Shown here: positions 34,034 through 39,941 of the stretch, piece by piece
Position numbering within the stretch: position 1 is the stretch's first letter
Layout of the letters: every line of letters starts with the position of its first letter
Virus record (IMG/VR): IMGVR_UViG_3300017777_003156
Span: 1-39,941 of that record
DNA length: 39,941 nucleotides
Strand: one strand, 5' to 3'
Origin: a virus
Lineage: Duplodnaviria; Caudoviricetes
Made by a program: the position numbers and the translations under genes
Notes under the pieces: generated by a model
What the model was told of the DNA's origin: nothing
Databases searched by the model: none
The model's input: the letters and a program-made list of their open reading frames with translations, nothing else

Positions 34034-34948
34034 ATGGCAACCCCAATGCGCAGTACCGACTTTAGGTCGGTTGTCGAGCCTATCCTCAACGAGGTGTTCG
34101 ACGGTGTTTACGAACAGCGGGCTGACGAGTGGAAGATGGTGTTCCGCGAGCAGAAAGGCATCCCACGCAACTACCACGAAGAGCCGGTGCTTTACGGCTT
34201 CGGGGCGGCCCCGGAGCTGCCCGACGGTATGGCGGTCACGTACCAATCCGGTGGCGTGCTGTTCCTTCAGCGCTACCTCTACAAGGTCTGGGGCTTGGCG
34301 TTCGCGCTGACCAAAGTCCTCGTCGAGGACGGCGACCACATTCGTATCGGTCAGACCTACGCCAAACACTTGGCCCAGTCTTTGATCGAGACGAAAGAGA
34401 CGCTGTGTGCCAACATCCTCAACCGCGCCTTCAACGGCTCGTATGTGGGTGGTGACGGGGTGTCGCTGATTTCGGCGAGCCACCCCATCGTCAACGGCAC
34501 CTTCAGCAACCAGCTCACCTCGGCAGCGGCCCTCAGCCAAACCCCGTTGGAGCAGATGTTGATCCAGATCCGCAACGCCGTTGACAACAACGGCAAGCGT
34601 ATCCGCCTCAACCCGCTGAAGATTGTCTCCGGTCCTTCGAACGTGTTCCAGGCCGAAGTCCTGTTGAAGTCCGTCCTCCGGGCCGGCAACGCCAACAACG
34701 ACATCAACCCGGTGCGCTCGATGGGGCTGTTGGCCGAGGGCCAGGGCAACCTGTCTCGTGTGACGTCGACCACCGCCTGGTGGGTGCAAACGGACGCTCC
34801 GGAAGGCATGAAAGTGCTGATGCGCCGGGGGCTGGAAAAGAGCATGGAAGGTGACTTCGAAACCGACAGCATGCGCTACAAGGCCACCGAGCGTTACATC
34901 CCGGGCTGGACCGATCCACGTGCGCTGTTCGGCACTGCGGGCATCTAA
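34034..34948 (+). CDS. Major capsid protein (HK97 fold)
   Basis: 304 aa; EP.LNEVF..Y, EE..GFG.A..DG, E.KE..AN.LN.AF..GGDGV.L..SHP, DFETD..RYKA.ERY..GW.DPR; strong RBS; followed by a hairpin. Confidence 0.88.
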   Translation: MATPMRSTDFRSVVEPILNEVFDGVYEQRADEWKMVFREQKGIPRNYHEEPVLYGFGAAPELPDGMAVTYQSGGVLFLQRYLYKVWGLAFALTKVLVEDGDHIRIGQTYAKHLAQSLIETKETLCANILNRAFNGSYVGGDGVSLISASHPIVNGTFSNQLTSAAALSQTPLEQMLIQIRNAVDNNGKRIRLNPLKIVSGPSNVFQAEVLLKSVLRAGNANNDINPVRSMGLLAEGQGNLSRVTSTTAWWVQTDAPEGMKVLMRRGLEKSMEGDFETDSMRYKATERYIPGWTDPRALFGTAGI

Positions 34949-34952
34949 CCCG

Positions 34953-34980
34953 AGACCAGGGGGCTTCGGCTCCCTGGTCT
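34953..34980 (+). other. Stable UUCG-tetraloop hairpin after the major capsid gene (no U-tract)
   Basis: AGACCAGGGGGC-TTCG-GCTCCCTGGTCT; followed by the next RBS rather than poly-T. Confidence 0.7.
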
Positions 34981-34996
34981 ACTAAGGAGCACTACA

Positions 34997-35437
34997 ATGC
35001 AAACCTATTTTGGTTCTACTCTGCGTGCGGGTTCGGGCACTTTGACTGACACGGTGGATGGGGGCTACGTGGTCATGTCTCAGACCGTGACCGCCACGAC
35101 TGTGACCGGAGGTACGGCGGTAACTAGCTCTGTGTTTCTCCCCGCTAGCTCTCAGATCATTGACCTTAAAGTCGATGTGACTGTAGTGGCAGGGGGCGGC
35201 ACCGCTACTACTCTGCCGATTACGGTCGGCACCGCTGCAGCGGGTACGCAGTACATGGCATCGACGGACGGATACGCTGGCGGTCGAATGGCGTTCTCGC
35301 CCACCACGGCGCAAGTCTTGGCTATGTCAGATATCGGCGCTAATCAGACTGTGTATCTCACCATTGACCCCAATGGTACCGTGACTGTTACCCAGGCGGT
35401 AGTTCGCCTCACGGTAACCTACGCTCAGAAAGTCTAA
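34997..35437 (+). CDS. Putative virion structural protein
   Basis: 146 aa, Thr/Val/Gly-rich; LPASSQIID..V.V and RLTVTY.Q; follows the major capsid gene. Confidence 0.7.
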   Translation: MQTYFGSTLRAGSGTLTDTVDGGYVVMSQTVTATTVTGGTAVTSSVFLPASSQIIDLKVDVTVVAGGGTATTLPITVGTAAAGTQYMASTDGYAGGRMAFSPTTAQVLAMSDIGANQTVYLTIDPNGTVTVTQAVVRLTVTYAQKV

Positions 35438-35452
35438 GGCTGGTAGTTCAAA

Positions 35453-35484
35453 CCCTCGAGGGCTCAGGCTCTCGAGGGCTTTTT
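35453..35484 (+). terminator. Intrinsic terminator
   Basis: CCCTCGAGGGC-TCAG-GCTCTCGAGGG followed by CTTTTT. Confidence 0.65.
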
Positions 35485-35497
35485 CAGGAGTTAAGCT

Positions 35498-36130
35498 ATG
35501 CGTCTCATCGAAGTCTCAAAGAGCTTGACGGCGCTCGACCGTGACGGTATCTCGCTGGCGCAGCAGACCGCTGGAGCTGCCGACCTGACCCTCACCGGGG
35601 CGTACGCAACCGCCGGGGTGGCTACGCTGGAGTCCCAACGGATTGTTGGACTTTACTCGAGCGGCAACCTTAGTGCGATCACATTCACGGTATACGGAAC
35701 TAACAGCGATCGAATCGAGATTTCCGAGGCTATTGCCGGCCCTAACAACAGCACCGTTTCAACCACCCAGAACTTTCTAACCGTCACCCGAGTGGCCACG
35801 TCGGCGGCGGTGGGTACGGACGTCGAAGTGGGCACTACCGGGGTGGGGGCTACCGCGCCGATAATCCTCGATCAGTACCTGACCCCGTTCCAAGTCACGC
35901 TCGGCGCGGTGGTCACGGGTACCGTTAACTTTACCGTCCAGTATACTAACGGTAATGTGTTTCCAGCCACCCCTGCGGGGTACACCAGTCTGGTGTGGTT
36001 GGACACTATCGCGGCGGGCGCTGTGAACGCCACCGGCACTCTCACCACCCCCGTGGGGGCTGTGCGACTCCAAATCAACTCAGGCCAAGGCTCGGTCGCG
36101 ATGACCGTGCGCCAGGCCGGAATAAGGTGA
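35498..36130 (+). CDS. Putative virion structural protein (beta-rich)
   Basis: 210 aa Thr/Gly/Val-rich ORF in the structural operon. Confidence 0.7.
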   Translation: MRLIEVSKSLTALDRDGISLAQQTAGAADLTLTGAYATAGVATLESQRIVGLYSSGNLSAITFTVYGTNSDRIEISEAIAGPNNSTVSTTQNFLTVTRVATSAAVGTDVEVGTTGVGATAPIILDQYLTPFQVTLGAVVTGTVNFTVQYTNGNVFPATPAGYTSLVWLDTIAAGAVNATGTLTTPVGAVRLQINSGQGSVAMTVRQAGIR

Positions 36131-36136
36131 CGTGCC

Positions 36137-36616
36137 ATGGGCAAAACCCTCAAATACGTTGATGAGTTTGACTTCGGTCCCCCCAAGGTTCAGGTCAAAA
36201 GCTACTCTAGGGGCGGTCCGATAAATAAAGCAAAGTACATGAAGTTTTCTGAAACAGGAAAGCCGATTGGTATGACACCTGTGACAAAAGCCGAAGGGGG
36301 CGCGGTCGACTCGGCAGACATCAAGCAGGACAAGAAGATGATCGCGGCGGCGGTACACAAGCACGAGCGCAAAAATCACCCTGGAAAACCCCTGACCAAG
36401 CTCCGCAAGGGCGGCGCGGTGCGCGAGAAAGCCACCGGAGAGCGTTACCCGAGCCGCGAGGCGATGGTCATGCACGAAGCCACCGAGACCCCGAGCATGC
36501 AGAAAGAAGAAATGGTGCGGCGCTCTAAGGTGGTTGCGCCCCGGCGGTCGGTGCCCGTTGCACCCGTAGGCCCGCTGTTGGCAATGAAGCACGGCGGAAT
36601 GGCGAAAAAGAAGTAG
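36137..36616 (+). CDS. Small Lys-rich protein carrying four xxGG tags
   Basis: YSRGGPI, KAEGGAV, LRKGGAV and MKHGGMA; DIKQDKKMI..AVHKHE..HPGKP segment. Confidence 0.7.
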   Translation: MGKTLKYVDEFDFGPPKVQVKSYSRGGPINKAKYMKFSETGKPIGMTPVTKAEGGAVDSADIKQDKKMIAAAVHKHERKNHPGKPLTKLRKGGAVREKATGERYPSREAMVMHEATETPSMQKEEMVRRSKVVAPRRSVPVAPVGPLLAMKHGGMAKKK

Positions 36617-36645
36617 TTGCCCGAATCAACTTCCTGCCCTATAAT
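36617..36645 (+). promoter_or_regulatory. Sigma70-type promoter TTGCCC-N17-TATAAT
   Basis: -35 at 36617-36622, -10 at 36640-36645. Confidence 0.7.
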
Positions 36646-36712
36646 TCAGGTTAACAATGAGCCGAGCCAGCTGAAACAGCTGCCAAGCTAACACCCCTCA
36701 GACGGAGTTAGG

Positions 36713-37705
36713 ATGGCTGTTTCAAACACTATCAGCGCCACCACTTTTAACACCAATCGGGTGGTGGATACCGCGTTCCGTCGTTGCCGGCTCAAGGCCC
36801 AGGCTATTACGGCGGAAATGCAACAGTATGCGCGGGATGCGCTATACCTGCTGCTCTCTGGTCTCGCCAACACCAAGACCCCTAGCTGGTGCATAGAGCG
36901 CCAGATTTATCCGTTCTATCAGGGTCAGCCTGTGGTCTCGCTTGACCTGGGCACCGTTGAGGTGCTCAACGCTAACTACCGCACCCTGCAAGAGCTCACC
37001 GGCACCACGGTTAGCTCAACCACTGAATATAAAGTCGATTTTGCTACCGCTGAGACCACGGCATCCACCGTCAACACGGTGGGGGTCAAATGGGCGGGGG
37101 CGGCGGTTGATTTGACATTCCAGGTTTCGGACGACGACGCAATTTGGATCACGGTAGGAACCCAAACCACCACAGCGGCCTCGGGCGAGTGGACGTGGAC
37201 AGACATAACCCCCGCGCTGGCCTATCAGTATTTCCGCATCACCTCGGCTACCCCTCGGTTGGCTTCGCAGATTTACCTAGGGTGTTTGCCGCAGGAAATC
37301 CCTATGGGGCTGCTCAACCGGGACACCTACGTCGCGCAGAGCAACAAGGTGTTCGAGGGGCGGCCCCTGACGTACTGGTTTCAGCGCGACCGCATTCATC
37401 CTAAAATCAACCTGTGGCCCGCGCCTAACGACGCGGCTGAGCAGTGTCAGCTGATAATCTGGCGGCACCGGCACATTATGGACGTGGGTACGCTGCGGCA
37501 GGACGTAGAGGTGCCCCAGCGGTGGATGGAGGCCATAACAGCGGGTCTCGCCTCAAAGGTAGCCGCTGAGACGCCCGAGGTTGATATTCAGCTGATACCT
37601 ATCTTGGACCAAAAGGCCGCCATAGCGCTGAACGAAGCCTGGGAGGGCGACAACGACGGTTCGCCTATCATTATTCAGCCGGGTATCTCACCCTACACAC
37701 GATGA
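36713..37705 (+). CDS. Putative head-tail adaptor / head completion protein
   Basis: VDTAFRRC..A...L.LLL..LAN, GRP..YWF.R..INLWP.P and P.RW.EA..AGLA..A; structural operon position. Confidence 0.6.
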   Translation: MAVSNTISATTFNTNRVVDTAFRRCRLKAQAITAEMQQYARDALYLLLSGLANTKTPSWCIERQIYPFYQGQPVVSLDLGTVEVLNANYRTLQELTGTTVSSTTEYKVDFATAETTASTVNTVGVKWAGAAVDLTFQVSDDDAIWITVGTQTTTAASGEWTWTDITPALAYQYFRITSATPRLASQIYLGCLPQEIPMGLLNRDTYVAQSNKVFEGRPLTYWFQRDRIHPKINLWPAPNDAAEQCQLIIWRHRHIMDVGTLRQDVEVPQRWMEAITAGLASKVAAETPEVDIQLIPILDQKAAIALNEAWEGDNDGSPIIIQPGISPYTR

Positions 37706-38010
37706 GCATATTCATCAACCCAGAAGGTCAACCTACGTTCGGACTGGCGCTCTGCGCCCGGTGCTCGCGTAAGTTCCCCCTGGCCGAGCTGCAGTCTGAC
37801 CCTAACCTCCCCGCCCTCATGGTCTGCCGGGAGGACCTGGACGACTACGACCCGTACCGGCTCGCCCCACGCCCTCCGGACCAGATCACGCTGCCGTTCG
37901 TGCGTCCGGACCTCCCCCTCAATACCCATCCGTCGGGGGTCATAACCCAGGACGGCACACAGTTCATAGTGTCAGAAGACGGGCAGCGTTTCATTTACGT
38001 TCTCGACTGA
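37702..38010 (+). CDS. Small Cys-containing structural-module protein
   Basis: ALCARCSRKF..EL..D..L.VC..D.D..DPYRL..RPD. Confidence 0.65.
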   Translation: MSIFINPEGQPTFGLALCARCSRKFPLAELQSDPNLPALMVCREDLDDYDPYRLAPRPPDQITLPFVRPDLPLNTHPSGVITQDGTQFIVSEDGQRFIYVLD

Positions 38011-38015
38011 AGAGC

Positions 38016-39941
38016 ATGGTACAAGTTCCCTCAAACCTAATCCCCACCCGAGTGTCGCAGCTGCAGGTTGACCCTGCGCCTTCCACCTCGGGTTGGATGA
38101 TGTACATTCGCGACGGTGTGAGTTACAAAGTCCAGCTGTCCTCCTTAGTATTACCGGGTACGGTTACGCAGGTTGACACAGGCACGGGCCTAACCGGAGG
38201 GCCGATAACGTCTTCGGGGACCATCTCGTTAGCGAGCACGGGGGTTTCGGCAGCGTCTTACGGCACGGCCTCCGCGGTGCCGACCCTGGCGGTTAACGCT
38301 CAGGGACAGCTTACGAGCGCCTCAAACACGGCGATAGCGATTGCGGCGAGCCAGATTACAAGCGGTATTCTACCTATTACGTATGGCGGCACGGGTGGGG
38401 CGGCTACTCCTGTGGCGGGGGCGGTGGCGTATGGCAACGGAACGGTATATGTGTTCACTGCTGCTGGAACTTTGGGTCAGGTACTGACTTCGGCAGGGGC
38501 GGGGACCCCGACATGGACTACCCCGACAACGGGAACCGTGACCAGCGTGACGGGCACTTCCCCGGTGGCCTCCTCGGGCGGCGCAACGCCAGCTATATCA
38601 ATGCCGGCGGCCACCACGTCGGTCAACGGTTATCTGACGAGCACAGACTGGGCTACGTTCAACAACAAGGTCACCAGTGTTACGGGTACTGCGGGGCAAA
38701 TCACAAGCACCGGCGGCGCTACGCCGGTCATTGATCTGGCTAGTGGGGTTGCTACGCCGGGCACAACGGGTTCTGCTGCTTTGGTACCTGTGGTCACGAT
38801 CGACACCTATGGCCGTGTGACCGGCATCACCACGGCAGCTAACCCGCAAGGCACGGTCACAGCGGTTTCGGTAGCTTCGGCCAACGGTTTGGCGGGGACG
38901 TCTAGTGGAGGTGCAACGCCCGCCCTAACGCTATCCACCAGCATCACCGGCGTGCTAAAAGGCAACGGCACGGCTATCAGCGCGGCCACGAGCGGGACGG
39001 ATTATGCCCCCGCAACTAGCGGAAGCAGCATTCTGTATGGTGACGCTGCGGGGGGCTTTTCAAACGTCACTATCGGAACGGGCGTTGCATTTGCCGGGGG
39101 AACGCTATCGGCAACGGGTTCTGGCGGCACGGTCACCAGCGTGACCGGCACTGCGCCGGTAGTAAGTTCTGGTGGTGCTACTCCAGCGATCAGCATGGCC
39201 GCTGCGACAACAAGCGTTAACGGTTACCTGACCAGCACCGATTGGACTACGTTCAACAACAAGCAGGACGAGCTGGTCAGCGGCACCAACATCAAGACAG
39301 TCAGCGGCACAACGCTGCTTGGTTCGGGTGATCTTGGAACGATCACCTACGCTTACGGCGGCACTGGTCTGACCTCATATACTGCAGGGGACATAATCTA
39401 CGCCAGCGGCGCAAACACGGTTGCAAAACTTGCTATCGGCACCAGTGGGCAACGGCTTGTGGTTGCTGCTGGATTGCCAAGCTGGGCAACCGACGCGACA
39501 ATTGGAACCGTCACCAGCGTTGCCCAATCCTTTACCGGCGGCCTAATCTCGGTAGCCGGGTCGCCAATTACAAGTTCAGGCACCTTGGCGTTGACCGTGG
39601 CCGGCACCTCGGGCGGTATTCCTTACTTTTCCAGCGCATCGACTTGGGCAACGTCTACCCTGCTCGCTGCCAGCGCACTTATGGTTGGCGGTGGGGCGGG
39701 GGCGGCTCCCTCAACGGTAACGACGGGAACCGGAGTGGTTACGGCTCTGGGCGTCAATACAGGCACGGCAGGGGCGTTTGTCGTCAATGGTGGGGATTTG
39801 GGTACGCCCTCCAGTGGCACGGTCACCAACCTGACTGGAACGGCTTCAATCAACATAAACGGTACGGTAGGGGCTACAACAGCCAACACCGGAGCGTTCA
39901 CCACTCTGACGGCTTCGGCAGATTCAACTTTTTCTTCCACG
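38016..39941 (+). CDS. Tail fibre protein, partial (no stop within the window)
   Basis: Own translation MVQVPSNLIPTRVSQL...GTVTQVDTGTGLTGGPITSSGTISL...VNAQGQLTSA...GGTG; Gly/Thr/Ser-rich with repeated GTVTSV units; not in the ORF track. Confidence 0.8.
   Translation, partial: MVQVPSNLIPTRVSQLQVDPAPSTSGWMMYIRDGVSYKVQLSSLVLPGTVTQVDTGTGLTGGPITSSGTISLASTGVSAASYGTASAVPTLAVNAQGQLTSASNTAIAIAASQITSGILPITYGGTGGAATPVAGAVAYGNGTVYVFTAAGTLGQVLTSAGAGTPTWTTPTTGTVTSVTGTSPVASSGGATPAISMPAATTSVNGYLTSTDWATFNNKVTSVTGTAGQITSTGGATPVIDLASGVATPGTTGSAALVPVVTIDTYGRVTGITTAANPQGTVTAVSVASANGLAGTSSGGATPALTLSTSITGVLKGNGTAISAATSGTDYAPATSGSSILYGDAAGGFSNVTIGTGVAFAGGTLSATGSGGTVTSVTGTAPVVSSGGATPAISMAAATTSVNGYLTSTDWTTFNNKQDELVSGTNIKTVSGTTLLGSGDLGTITYAYGGTGLTSYTAGDIIYASGANTVAKLAIGTSGQRLVVAAGLPSWATDATIGTVTSVAQSFTGGLISVAGSPITSSGTLALTVAGTSGGIPYFSSASTWATSTLLAASALMVGGGAGAAPSTVTTGTGVVTALGVNTGTAGAFVVNGGDLGTPSSGTVTNLTGTASININGTVGATTANTGAFTTLTASADSTFSST
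38532..39263 (+). repeat. Internal 46-aa duplication in the tail fibre
   Basis: GTVTSVTGT.PV.SSGGATPAISM.AATTSVNGYLTSTDW.TFNNK encoded at 38532-38669 and 39126-39263. Confidence 0.8.

Noticed and set aside
1-39941. tRNA genes, integrase, stop-codon reassignment or introns/inteins
   Set aside because: I recognised no cloverleaf or recombinase motifs. Core genes are intact, of normal length under the standard code, and use all three stop codons.

Overview
This window is about 40 kb of a GC-rich tailed dsDNA phage (or prophage) genome, truncated at both ends. The left arm (1-14.7 kb, minus strand) holds small early ORFs and a thymidine-hypermodification cluster (DHH phosphoesterase, amino acid:DNA transferase, two-part 5-hmdU DNA kinase, dUMP hydroxymethylase, HD nucleotidase, DUF3310). 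It also holds a family B DNA polymerase and a Sak4/SSB/Cas4-like/RuvC recombination module. After a divergent promoter region, the plus strand carries an SF2 helicase, a Prim-Pol primase-helicase, an iteron-like non-coding region and TerS/TerL. About 7 kb of unusual modular genes then sit between TerL and the portal, followed by portal, GroES, scaffold, major capsid, head-completion and tail fibre genes. The most striking unexplained feature is that TerL-portal insert. It contains ADP-ribosyltransferase-like and PcfJ/GNAT-like domains delimited by a recurring peptide tag, (hydrophobic/K)-x-x-G-G-x-(V/I/A/T), seen 12 times in 5 genes, which suggests a tag-directed virion cargo (injected effector) system. 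All protein assignments come from motif recognition by eye, not database searches.
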